This document shows, in pieces, positions 1 to 17,544 of a stretch of DNA of 64,000 bases. The DNA comes from Hormiphora californensis (lineage: Eukaryota > Animalia > Ctenophora). The number at the start of each line of letters is the position of its first letter. Position 1 is the stretch's first letter. Position numbers and translations under genes: made by a program. The stretch spans positions 2,604,001 through 2,668,000 of the forward strand of contig CM035354.1 of assembly GCA_020137815.1 (NCBI GenBank), read 5' to 3'. The notes under the pieces were generated by a model, which saw nothing but the letters and a program-made list of their open reading frames with translations, was not told the DNA's origin and did not search any database.

Positions 1-5986
<5,986 letters not shown>

Positions 5987-6269
5987 CGCTAATAAAGTGA
6001 CGAGGGGTTAAGTTGGTTTGTATTTAATAAAGGGTGCAGTTGGGGAACGAGTTAAACAAATTGGTAAAAATAAAACTATGAGACAAAGATACAAACTAAA
6101 AAGGCTGACAGAACAATAAGAGCTATAAAAATACTTTTAAAGACGTGTTACAAACATATCCCCAATTCAATGTGAATATTTGATTCACACGAGAGAGAGC
6201 TCAATCCACTGATGAGATCCATTTGGATCGAAACAATTGTCTGGTAAAACCATTTGTTTTCATTTGTAA

Positions 6270-6378
6270 CAGGAACCGACCGAAACAAGTAAACAACCAA
6301 TCAGAACTCGTTATTTAGGTCACGTGACTGGTTATCAGCCAATCAGGGACCAGTATTTCCTGATTCGGTCGGTTCATG
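6270..6378 (+). mobile_element. 109-bp hAT-type MITE (family A)
   Basis: TIR CAGGAACCGACCGAA; 8-bp TSD ATTTGTAA. Confidence 0.92.
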
Positions 6379-6387
6379 ATTTGTAAC

Positions 6388-9300
6388 TTATCCCCCAATT
6401 AAGATCATGGGACGTTTCATCTGTTCTTTAATACTCTCCACCCCACCGTGCGAGTATTTCTTTCCTTTAACTGCCCTCGCTATAACCTCCCCCAATTGCT
6501 CAGTCCTCTCCTCTACAGAGAGAGACCCATCTCTGATAATATCCCTCAATGAAACCTCATCCTTACCGAACAGACATACTTTCAACATACCGTCGTGAGT
6601 CAGCCGCAATCTGTTGCAGCCCCCACAGAAGTTTTTACTCATCGATGATATGAATCCAACCGAGCCAGCGTGTCCGGGAACAGTGTAATTCTGTGGGAGT
6701 GGAATGTTAGTTCAAGTGCTAAAATTGTAGGGTATAATGTCAGTACAGTCGGACCCCGATTTAGGGGCCCCCGATTTAGTGGCACCCCGATTTAGGGACA
6801 GGATTTTTTCCCCCGATATAGGAAATTAACCTTATTTGACCCCGATTTAGTGGACACCCCGATTTAGTGGACAAGAGCCTTTCCCCCGAGGGTGTCCCTA
6901 AATCGGGGTCCGACTGTAATAATAACTCACCATAGAAGTGCTTGTTTTGCAATCCCGAATCCTTCTGAGCGGACCAAACTGTTTCTCTATCACCTTTCTC
7001 TGCTCATCAAACGGAACAAACTTGGGACTTTGCCAGGCGTTCCCGGAAAATGGCATGAATTCCAGGAACCTCACTGAAATTGGCCGCTCCCGTACGAACT
7101 CTACAAAATCACACAGTTCATCTTCATTGAACCCTTTCATGACAACTACATTTAACTGAGGGATTGGGATATTAAAGCATGTTTCTAACAGAGCAGTGTG
7201 TGGCTCACACCGTTATTTCTGTGTCGGGTAGATCAATGTATCATGGTAAATGGTAGTTGGATGCCCGGTGGATGCGGTACCTTTATTGAGTTGATCTGAG
7301 AGCTTATAACATCATCTATACTTCTCATTACTTTTCCATGTGTACCGACTGAGGGAAGAATAATCAATTAGTACTGAGTAGTTATAATAATTAACTCCCA
7401 ACTTAACTAAACACACGCTCAACAAAATTCTCAGCGAGCCCGGGAAGAGTGGTTGTGCGCGCGACTCCATCTCACCAGTGTCACCGCGCGTTACAACTTA
7501 GAGCCCCAAAAAGTGTGCCCGACAGATGTCACACACTACACAGTACAACAGGCCGGCTCAGGTAGTCTCTTTTTAGTTCTAAATTGGCAAATGACAATGT
7601 GTGTAACGCTCATAATTTTATAATTCTATCATTCAGGCAGCTTCGCAAATTATGTACAACTACAGTCGGACCCCGATTTAACGGCCCCCGATTTAGCGGC
7701 ACCCCGATTTAACGGCAGCATAATCTTCCCCCGATATGGGAAATTAACATTATTTGACCCCGATTTAGCGGACACCCCGATTTAACGGACAAAATCCTTT
7801 CCCCCGAGGGTGCCGTTAAATCGGGGTCCGACTGTATGTCGAACATTTTGACTACAGAATATTTTGTAAAACCCTGTTTCACTTGTCACAATAGTTCAGC
7901 TCTCCGCATCCCCGGATCGAGCACTCTACCAGGATACAAACTTCTAAATCTAACTAGTAGACTACAGAATATCATGATACCCGTAAGGGGAAACTCTAGC
8001 TGGATGGACATTGGACACGCAATAATGGGGGTTCATAATTGCAAAAAAAAACCTAGCTGGATGGACGCTTCACGCACCATGATTTGCCCCATCCCGCTCG
8101 AAAAAGAGCCTTTTATGTAGCACACGATAATAGACACACAGCCATGATCGCACGTTCTCCGTGATGAACCGTCCATCCAGCTACAATTATGAACCCTCAT
8201 TATTGCGAGTCCATCCAGTTTCCTCTCAAGCAGTAGAGTGTGAGGTAGTTTATAAAAAGCGATTCAAAAGAAAAGTTGCAGCTTGATGTTCAGTACCACT
8301 CACTTGGTCGGCGGGTAATGAATGAGAATTTAGCGGGGACCAAGCTATCCAGGCTGATATTAACATTATCTAATCCAGCTGCTACTAGTACAGGGAGATG
8401 TCGAGAGAGGGTGACACCATTAGTGGTCATTGATACCGACTCAATACCAGTTATTGATTTGAGATCACCTGGGAAGTGGGCTCAGTCAGAGAGAGAGAGT
8501 ATATATTGCAAAACTGGGACTTGTCACCCAGAGGTGTAGTCATATTAGTAATGTTAGTTTATTACCTACAATCCTGACAATATCTCTGTTCAGTAGGGGC
8601 TCTCCTCCCGTCAGTCTTATCTTGGTTACCCCCAGAGAAGCAAAGTCCTCTGCCAGTGATATTATTTCGGGGGTTGTCAGTGGGGATTCAGAAAGTGGTA
8701 CTCCTTCTTCTGGCATACAATATTTACCTACAGAAATAGTAATTATATCAGGAATAACGGGTGACAACTAAAAACCTGGACTTTTTTAACTAAGCCCTAT
8801 CTTCCTTAACAACCCCCCCTGACATCCTCCAGACGAAGCAATCACAAACAAACAAACCCCCTGACTTACATAGCAAGCAAAGCAGGCCAGCTAGGATAAA
8901 TCAACTTACATCGAAGGTTGCATCTTTCAGAAAGTGAGATCCGAAGGTAGGTGTGGTCCCGGTTAAAGGTGTCAGTAAGTAGTGAGCGGCGTCCTGTAAC
9001 ATGCCCCAACAACCTGGAAACTAACTACACAGTTTAGTAGTAGCGGTTGCTATGGTAACTAACAGTTGCTATCTAACTATATCTAATGCAAATTTGCACG
9101 GAAATGTGACACCCTATCGTCAATGTGACGACGTGATCCGTCAATGTGACGACGTGATCCGTCAGCGTGACGACATGATCCGTCAGTGTGACGTCGTGAT
9201 TTGTAGGCATCACGTATCACGTGTTGAGAACTGCTTGCGACTTGAGGGGTCACATCACATGTATAAAAGGGAGAGAAAGAGAGAAAAAGAGGGGGATCAC

Positions 9301-10085
9301 ATCACATAGCATATAGCAGACAGGCAGAGAGAAAAACAGACCCCTCGATTTGCGATCGGTACGATCGCCCCAGTTTTGCTAGTGGTAACTAACTACACAG
9401 TTTAGTAGTAGCAGTTGCTATGGTAATTAACAGTTACTATGGTAACTAACTACACAGTTTAGTAGTAGCAGTTGTTATGGTAACTAACAGTTGCTATGGT
9501 AACTAGCTAACTAACTACACAGTTTAGTAGTAGCAGTTGCTATGGTAACTAACTACAAAGTTTAGTAGTTGCTAATAGCTACTAAACTGTGTAGTTAGTT
9601 ACCATAGCAACTTGCTATGGTAACTAACTACACAGTTTAGTAGTAGCAGTTGCTATGGTAACTAACTACACAGTTTAGTAGTAGCAGTTGCTATGGTAAC
9701 TAACAGTTGCTATGGTAACTAACTACACAGTTTAGTAGTACAGCAGTTGCTATGGTAACTAACTACACAGTTTAGTAGTAACAGTTGCTATGGTAACTAA
9801 CTACACAGTTTAGTAGTAGCAGTTGCTATGGTAACTAACTACACAGTTTAGTAGTAGCAGTTGCTATGGTAACTAACTAGTAACTACACAGTTTAGTAGT
9901 AGCAGTTGCTATGGTAACTAACTACACAATTCAGAAGTAGCAGTTGCTATGGTAACTAACTAACTACACAGTTTAGTAGTAGCAGTTGCTATGGTAACTA
10001 ACTACACAGTTTAGTAGTCTGCTATGGTATGATTAGGGATGATCTAAAAACAACTTACCAGAGATTGCCTGAAGACCACCGTCAT
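6388..10085 (-). CDS. MOCS1: Molybdenum cofactor biosynthesis protein MOCS1A / MoaA (GTP 3',8-cyclase, radical SAM), ~354 aa; exons 10085-10059, 9024-8910, 8727-8566, 8468-8304, 7348-7281, 7155-6931, 6690-6388
   Basis: Motifs [29 protein letters not shown] (CxxxCxxC), [51 protein letters not shown] and terminal RPMILIGG*. All exons are phase-consistent; exon 1 is less certain. Confidence 0.93.
6746..6916. mobile_element. pogo/Tc1-like MITE (family B)
   Basis: TIR CAGTCGGACCCCGATTTA, TA flanks, internal CCCCGATTTAG repeats. Confidence 0.9.
7663..7834. mobile_element. pogo/Tc1-like MITE (family B)
   Basis: Same TIR with TA TSD. Confidence 0.9.
7988..8224. mobile_element. Probable MITE with imperfect TIRs
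   Basis: GGAAACT..GGATGGAC..CGCAATAATG.GGGTTCATAATTG is inverted near 8184-8224. Confidence 0.55.
9115..9200. repeat. 21-bp tandem repeat (CGTCAATGTGACGACGTGATC) x4
   Basis: Seen directly. Confidence 0.85.
9382..10028. repeat. ~38-bp minisatellite GGTAACTAACTACACAGTTTAGTAGTAGCAGTTGCTAT in MOCS1 intron 1, with one inverted copy
   Basis: About 14 direct units, an inverted unit at ~9580-9611, and one further unit at 9021-9060. Confidence 0.93.
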
Positions 10086-10271
10086 CCTCACCTCATGCCC
10101 ACAACCAGCTATCCTACAGTAATAGAGAGATAATTAATAGATGATTAATTGATAATTATTAGGTGTTAATTGAGCCAGGAAAAACAACAACATCTTTAGA
10201 TCAGGTAGACAAACGTGGTCAACAATTACACAGGTGAAAACTAAAAGAATATAAATTTACAAACTACAAAC

Positions 10272-10380
10272 CAGGAACCGACCGAAACACGTAAACAACC
10301 AATCAGAACTCGTTATTTAAGTCACGTGACTGGTTATCAGCCAATCAGGGACCAGTATTTTCTGATTCGGTCGGTTCCTA
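10272..10380 (+). mobile_element. 109-bp hAT-type MITE (family A)
   Basis: TSD CTACAAAC. Confidence 0.92.
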
Positions 10381-10523
10381 CTACAAACTAAAATAATATA
10401 AATTTACTGTTTACAAACTACAAACCGTCAGAATAAACTTTGAAATGGACAACAACTACAAAACACACATTCAACAATAATAATCACAAAAACTTTCTCT
10501 TCAAATTCTTAAATGTTTGTTAT

Positions 10524-11295
10524 TTAGTAAACTAAAACCTTGACCAACTTTCCCCTGCTTTCCTGCCCGGGGGTGTACTGAATCTCAACACCTTCCACCC
10601 CGAACCCTTCTTTAAACTCCACGTGTAGGATAGTGAGGGATGTTAGGGGCTCCGTACTGAGGTCTCCGTTTAGTTGTCGTTCAAATGACTTCTCTAACCC
10701 GTTCTGCAAAATAACAGGTGATGTGTTAGTGGGGAATGAGGGGCAAGGATGGTTAAAAACTAATGAAAAATTAAATCCCCATTTACAGGGTTTCAATAAC
10801 CGTGTCTTTCGATTTGCCGATTTAATATCATGAATAGAGTATATTCATGATATAATTGACCCGTACGGTAAGTCAATACATACCAGGAACCAACCGAATC
10901 AGGAAATACTGATCCCTGATTGGCTGATAACCAGTCACGTGACCTAAATAACGAGTTCTGATTGGTTGTTTACTTGGTTCGGTCGGTTCCTGCTATTCAT
11001 GATATAATTGACCCACGGTAAGTCTAATCAATACCTGGTTTGTGAATGTGATGGATTCGATGAAGACTGCAGGTTCGTTGTAACGCGGTGTAGATGCTAC
11101 TAGTACACCCTGTATCTCCTTAATTGTAAACTCCTGCTCGTATGTAAAATCCAGCTTACACTTATTTTCAGGCACTGCAACAAATAAATGGTTAGTTTTC
11201 CCCGAGTTTTCCCATACTGAGTCCAACGTGTAAATCGGTTGATATGAACAGACCATACTCGACCATCTCTTAGACATATTGATTACATGAAGCAC
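10524..11295 (-). CDS. Last two exons (11295-11035, 10703-10524) of an unidentified protein; upstream exons unresolved (probably within 11.4-13.1 kb)
   Basis: Two open phase-0 exons with CAG acceptors and a GT donor; globular, beta-rich-looking sequence; no family recognised. Confidence 0.55.
10884..10992 (-). mobile_element. 109-bp hAT-type MITE (family A)
   Basis: Family TIRs; flanked by a ~45-bp imperfect duplication rather than a clean TSD. Confidence 0.88.
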
Positions 11296-11483
11296 CTGTT
11301 GGGCGGAGGATTATAATTTCAATCAGGGTCTTTCGAACAATATGATAAAGTGATACATGAGGCATCATAACATTTCAGTGATGACATCACACCGAACATG
11401 TAGTATATTAGGGACTAACGAGGTCTCACCTTTCTTAATTGGTTGATGAAGTTCTACTTTATTTCTACTCTATTTCAGAGAAC

Positions 11484-11494
11484 TGTGTGTGTGT

Positions 11495-11580
<86 letters not shown>

Positions 11581-11670
11581 AGAGATAGAGGGAAGAGATA
11601 GAGGGAGAGAGAGAGTAGAGGCGAGAGAGAGAAGAGAGAGAGAGAAGAGAGAGAGAGAGAGAAGAGAGAG
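11484..11670. repeat. (TG)n/(AG)n microsatellite
   Basis: Seen directly. Confidence 0.95.
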
Positions 11671-11915
11671 ACTGATGATCCCGGATATCAAGTTTCTAGG
11701 ATACAACTACCAGTGCCACCCACCCCCTAAACTCAATCACCCTCTCCCATCTGGTATAATGTATCCGGCCGGTACCCACCAGCTGCCACCATACACAGTT
11801 TTCTAATGGAGTCCTGTGTTCACCAACAACTCAGTTATTGTTGTTTGAGGTGGTAGGTCTCGAGTGAACTACCACCTCAAATATCAATTTCATGTTATCC
11901 CCCGCTCAATTGTTT

Positions 11916-12168
11916 GTTGTAGTTCCTGTTGTAGTTCCAGTTGTAGTTCCTGTTGTAGTTCCTGTTGTAGTTCCTGTTGTAGTTCCTGTTGTAGTTCCTG
12001 TTGTAGTTCCTGTTGTAGTTCCTGTTGTAGTTCCTGTTGTAGTTCCTGTTGTAGTTCCTGTTGTAGTTCCTGTTGTAGTTCCTGTTGTAGTTCCTGTTGT
12101 AGTTCCTGTTGTAGTTCCTGTTGTAGTTCCTGTTGTAGTTCCTGTTGTAGTTCCTGTTGTAGTTCCTG
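11916..12168. repeat. 12-bp tandem repeat (TGTTGTAGTTCC) ~21 copies
   Basis: Seen directly; open in several frames only because the unit lacks stops. Confidence 0.95.
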
Positions 12169-12501
12169 GAATACTTTTTCATATTCCATGATGGAATTGG
12201 TTGGTAAACTTCCGTTTAGGGGACCTATTGGCACCATTTAGGAATTACATTGCCCCTATAAATTTCATGCTCAAAGTACGATTTGGAAGGATCGCTACGT
12301 ATTCACTATCGCTACTTTTCACTATCCACATTCCACCTTTTATATTAATACTATCCCTACTGCTCATTATGACACCCCTTGGTTACTAGTGCGGTAGTTT
12401 TAAGATATTTAGATGTAGACGTGTGGTTGTAATCTCTCTCTTGACAAATTTAACAGATCACCAACAGATCACCCCCAGGATGTAATGTTAGCCAATCCAG
12501 A

Positions 12502-12586
12502 AGGAACCGACCGAAACAAGTAAATAACCAATCAGTACTCGGTATTTAGGTCACGTGACTGGTTATCAGCCAATCAGGGACCAGTA
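12502..12586 (+). mobile_element. Truncated family A MITE
   Basis: The first ~85 bp match the family; the right TIR is missing. Confidence 0.8.
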
Positions 12587-13510
12587 GATGATGAGGGAGG
12601 TGGTTCTCGTAGTGATACTCGTACTCAGTTTCCTGCTCTACTAGATATGTATCTTGTTGGAGATATAATAGAGGATGACATTATGTCGGCAACACCATTC
12701 CAGTGTTACCAATGTAGTAGTGCAAGTCTTGATGAAGTAGGTACATTTTGTAGAACAGTTTGTATCTCTCTCTTTTTGGAGCCTGTTTAATAGTGAGATT
12801 ATTAACCATAATAGCTCACAACTACATCCTCTAATATTTATCAGGATCCCTACTCCCTTACTCCCAACTTTGCCGAACAACTCCAGTATCAAACGTGTGA
12901 GGAACCCTTACTGGTGAACTGCTCCCCATACGATTCTGGTTGTTACTCCGCAGAGTTCATGATTACTGACGATGAGACTACCCCTGATCAGCAGGTAAAA
13001 AATAACGCCTTTTGGTAACCGTACAATCGCTGTTTTTTTCTAACAGAGATCGAATCCTAGTACAGCCAAGCTGTAAAGTGTTAATATACAAATTCTCCAT
13101 GTCTTTGATATGATATATATCAAGTATAAACCCCCTCCCCTTTAACCAATCTCCCTTAACCAACCTCCCTTAACCAATATCCCTTGACCAGGTACTGGAG
13201 AGAAGTCGAGCTAAAGGTTGTTACAATGCCGCACTAACCTGCCAAGCATACGCAGCACAACTTCAGAAAACAACTACCTTTTTACCCTATTGTAAAATCA
13301 AACACTGTTTTGGTGACAAGTGCAATGAGTTATTATAGCAGACATATTTGTGATCTGAATGAAACTTTATTGCCTAGCTCGACCCTCTTTTCGCGAGTTC
13401 AGCTACAAATGTAAAGGAATGGTTAGAACATAACACGGAACTTTACTCGTCTAAGGGGAATGGCCGTATTTTTAATCTTATTTGTGCTTCAAAGACCTGT
13501 CAGATGGTTG

Positions 13511-15023
13511 TTATCTATATATTTGGATTTGTACATGTTCAAACTTACACACATGTTTTATAAGCCGTTCCATGAACTTGTTTACATCATCATGAACTGC
13601 CACCTTTGCAGCTCGATCGTAGTTGGTAGTTTGTTTGTTGCAGAGAACAAAACATCCTGCTTGGGAGGGTAGTTCACAGAATGGTGAAGTGCCCATACTA
13701 CTACCTAAATAGGGGGAGGGACATCTGGTTACGAAGTCACCAGCCCTTTTATTGCATACAGCCATATTTTATTCTGAATAATGAGTTCAGAGCAAGAATT
13801 AAATAGGGAAGAAAATCGAAAAATACTGGGTTTGACCGGGAATTGAACCAGGGACCTCTAGAGAGACATGCTCGGAGCTATAAACCACTAAGCTACCAAA
13901 CCCATATTTTATTACCAAGAGGGACATCTGGTCAGAGGGAAACTCTGATAGTGTATCTTGTCAGAAAGTATTAGAAAGTTCGGCGGAGACCATCGTGAGA
14001 GACGTGCGGTGTTCACACCGGCTAACACTAACCTAATACGATAACGAGATCTGATTTCTCAGCTTCTTCCTGGGCTCGACGCAGCGGGCCTGGGGGTACC
14101 ATTTGTCCGTACCTGAAATGTGGGGGGGGGACTAAATAAATTATAGGTTGGAATGGGGAACAAATTAAATGTCTTATTCCTGTCTGTTTTCAGGTGAGAT
14201 CCCCTCTTATCACAATCCCTGGGAGACACCAACCTGACTCCTGTTTTCTTTAGTTTCCCCTCACACCCCTCACACTTCCTGTGTAGGGCGGGTGTTATCA
14301 CACCTCGTGTGTAACGGACCCTGCATTCCAGACACTCCTCTATATATGCAGTCCCAAAGACATTGGCAGTCCGATCCCAGGGTGTTCCACTTTTTTGGTG
14401 CAAACCGTCGTGGTTCGATGTAACCACAAACCTGGTAAATAGGTAGACGTGTTCCACCCTGTCCCCACCCTGTCTCACCACGCACGGGGGAACAGAGAGT
14501 ATAATAGAGCATATTGATCTAGTGTGGGGGTATTACTAAATTAATAATAATTTAGTAGCAAATTAGTAATTTAGTATCAAATTAGTAGTTTAGTAGCAAA
14601 TAAGTAGATTACTTGAATCGTTCATCATGCTTTAGAAGGAGAGAGATATATCGGTGTGCAGCAGTAGGCATCTTAGAATCCATATCTCTCTCCGATACTC
14701 CCATCTGGGCTATGTTGAGAGGTGCTTTATCAAGTCCCTTATCGCCCTTGTAATCTGTAGAATGGGAAAATGTTAATTCCTGATTTCCATAACATTAATT
14801 TATCGGGAAAACATTTGGAACAAGTCAGTTAACGAGTAAAGATGAGAAATTGCGTTTATCTAAGCTATCTCCTTCTCTCTCTCCCTCTCATACCCGGTAT
14901 ATTAGCAGCAGTAGATATACCAGCCCCCGTGAAGAAAACGATATATCTAGATTTGTCCACTAGCGAGAATAACTTTGCGTACTTTTGATCCAGCTCTACG
15001 GAACTGTCAAAAAACTCGGTCAT
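13511..15023 (-). CDS. Sirtuin, class IV (SIRT6/7-like), atypical active site, ~247 aa; exons 15023-14894, 14754-14613, 14431-14234, 14112-14033, 13704-13511
   Basis: Motifs FFTGAGISTAANIPDYKG, PTAAH, VVTSNHDGLHQKSG, Zn ribbon CLEC/CEGC, DLVIVLGSSM and CNKQTTNYD; all junctions are GT-AG and in frame. Confidence 0.88.
13730..13918 (-). mobile_element. tRNA-derived SINE-like insertion in sirtuin intron 4
   Basis: tRNA-like head 13903-13828 with A box (TAGCTTAGTGG), B box (GGTTCAATTCC) and GGGTTTG/CAAACCC stem; 14-bp TSD GAGGGACATCTGGT at 13716-13729 and 13919-13932. Confidence 0.75.
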
Positions 15024-15304
15024 GATATCTGTAGTTGGGTATATCTATTAAAATATTGGGATAATCACTTGTTGCCTTGCTCGACCCTGTTTCCCTGGGT
15101 TTGAACAAAACAAGTAATCTTCTACTTTACTTCGAAAAAATAAACACTCAATTTAGAAAAGATGAATTGCAAAATAAACATGAAGAATTTTTAGAACAGA
15201 ATACAAAATACAAGGTGTAAATAGTTTTAACGTGATATATAAATAGATTGTAACGATAACTGTAAAAATAAATAAATATGTTACACCTGATGATAATAAT
15301 ACTA

Positions 15305-15491
15305 CAGTCGGACACCCGTCGGACCCCGATTTAGTGGCCCCCGATTTAGTGGCACCCCGATTTAGTGGCAGGATCATCTTCTATTCCCCCGATATAGGAA
15401 ATTAACATTATTTGACCCCGATTTAGTGGACACCCCGATTTAGTGGACGAAACCCTTCCCCCCGAGGATGTCACAAATCGTGGTCCGACTA
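15305..15491. mobile_element. Family B MITE, co-duplicated at ~18967-19142 and ~22119-22295
   Basis: CAGTCGGA..CCCCGATTTAG repeats. Confidence 0.85.
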
Positions 15492-15636
15492 TACTACTTT
15501 ATGTAGAACGTTGATTTATATTAACTTCTTTTTTATGATTTAAGTCGGATTTTTTGTCTTTATTGTGCACGGTGCAGCGTTTGCTTGTTATGTCCTAACC
15601 GGGCGGGGTGCACGAAACAGAGTCAACACGTAACAC

Positions 15637-17046
15637 CTAACAGCATATCTTCTCCAATAGTTGGATGCCAGGTTCAAGAGTCATTATCACAACAGCAAAC
15701 ACGTAATCTCGCCCTCCCTTGATATCGTAAAGACTGAACAGTCGTCGAGAACCAATCCATAACCATACCACCGCCAAGGGAATCAGAAATAGTTGATAAC
15801 TGATTCCAAACTGAAATAATTTTGAGATAAAACCTCGTGTGCACAACAACTACAAATCATTTTGGGAAAATATATCTTGAAAATCTCGCGATAAAAAACT
15901 TAAAACACAATTGTGTTTTAATGGCTCTTTAGCTCCGCCTCTTTATTTTGGGGGATGGGATAAAGGTCGCTGAATTAATTGTCACTTACTTTCAGATCAA
16001 AGATATAATCGAATCCATAGATTCCACCATAAACAGCATACCAGATGACTTGACTCAAGAAAACTGACGCAACAGCCATACCACCAAGAATGACACACCA
16101 GGGAAAAATACTGAGCTCAGTTATTTTCCATTTGTTTTGGAGTGTGAACAAGGCGAGAGTGATGAAGACTAGGAGAAACGCAAAGGGGTATACTTCTGGG
16201 TACCCTCTATACGAAGTAAATGCGGGTGGAATCCATAGGATCGATATGAACACCAACAAGATACTGTTAATCGTTGGATTATTTGCATTTATTTTTTTGT
16301 ATCTTCCTGCCGAAACCTGAAATAAAAAACTAATGCTACGTTTATAACGAAAAAGTAAGCGGGGTGAATCAGTGACACCTCACAGTTACCCCTCTTCTCC
16401 CGCTGGAGCCATCACTGCCTTCTCAATTACCAAACGTTATGATTTCTAAGTGTTACACACACACACACACACACACACAACAACTTACCAGCATAATTCC
16501 AAAAAATATAATGGCGAAGTAAGGTAGATAGGACGCCCAATCAGTCATTAAGACTATAAAGGTGTATTGAATCAGAAGGTTAATTGCCACAATACAACTC
16601 CATTGTAAACACATCATAACGTACACCTTTCTTAGCACATCCGTTCGTTCCGGGGCTCCATGAAGAACTGGCACTACCGGCTGCTGGACGACCACGGTCG
16701 TGTGGGGACCGGGTGGTGGATATGGGGCTCCCGATGGATTGTAAGGCGGGACCCCTGGGGGATGGTAAGCCACCTGGGGTGGGGGGTAAGCCCCTTGATA
16801 GGGTGGATAAGTCCCCTGAGGTGGGTAAGCCCCCTGATGGGGAGGGTAGGCACCTTGATGGGGTGGGTAGGCACCCTGAGGTGGGAGGTAAGGACCCTGA
16901 GGTGGAGGGTAATCTCCTTTAGAGGCCCCTCCTAGAAGCGGATGTGATGTTTGAGGGTCAGTCCCCGGCGGGAATTGTTTTTCCCCATCATTCCCCCCTA
17001 CTACATCATCATAATCCGGAGGTGGTTCCGGGGGTGGTTCCGACAT
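15637..17046 (-). CDS. Divergent Lifeguard/GRINA-like TMBIM (Bax inhibitor-1 family) protein, copy 1, ~365 aa; exons 17046-16489, 16316-15990, 15849-15637
   Basis: Pro/Tyr/Gly-rich N-terminus (PPDY, GAYPP repeats), ERTDVLRKVYVMMCLQ (cf. RxxFIRKVYxxLxxQ), LFTLQNKWKIT (cf. FSMQTRYDFT), DYVFAVVIMTLE (cf. EYVFAALNLYTD); phase-0 GT-AG junctions. Confidence 0.78.
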
Positions 17047-17544
17047 GTATCCTAATTGAGAGTGGATAGTTAGATATGAGGATGGTCTAATAATGAAGCT
17101 ACATATGTGACAAAATATTAGCTAATGTAATCAAATATATACACACATCATAATATAGCATACACAAATTAGTCTGTTGATTCATCCAGTCGGAAGGAGT
17201 ATTCTCTGATTATGGGGCTAATAAGTAATCAACCAACCATTATATTCATTCCCTCTCAGTGGTCATCCGACATAATTGCCATATCTCGACGTGAACTTCG
17301 CCGTGGAATTCGACGAGGAATAGCAGGCGTTTGTAGTTATGAACGCCTGCTGCCCATGCCGCACGTGCCAATGTGCCGCGCACAGCAGGCGTTCATAACT
17401 ACAAAGTTCATTATTACTGAAAATGAGACTACCCCTGATCAACAGGTGAAAAATAACGCCTTTTGGTAGCCGTACAATCGCTGTCTTTCTCTAACAGAGA
17501 TCGAATCCTGTAATGCAGCCGATCTGTAAAGGGTTAAGACACAA

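Noticed and set aside
11864-12241. QQEL / CCSS / VVVP repeat ORFs
   Set aside because: Translations of a 12-bp tandem repeat; no splice or homology support.
13828-13903. Functional tRNA gene
   Set aside because: Anticodon and T stems are mispaired and it lies within a TSD-bounded insert.
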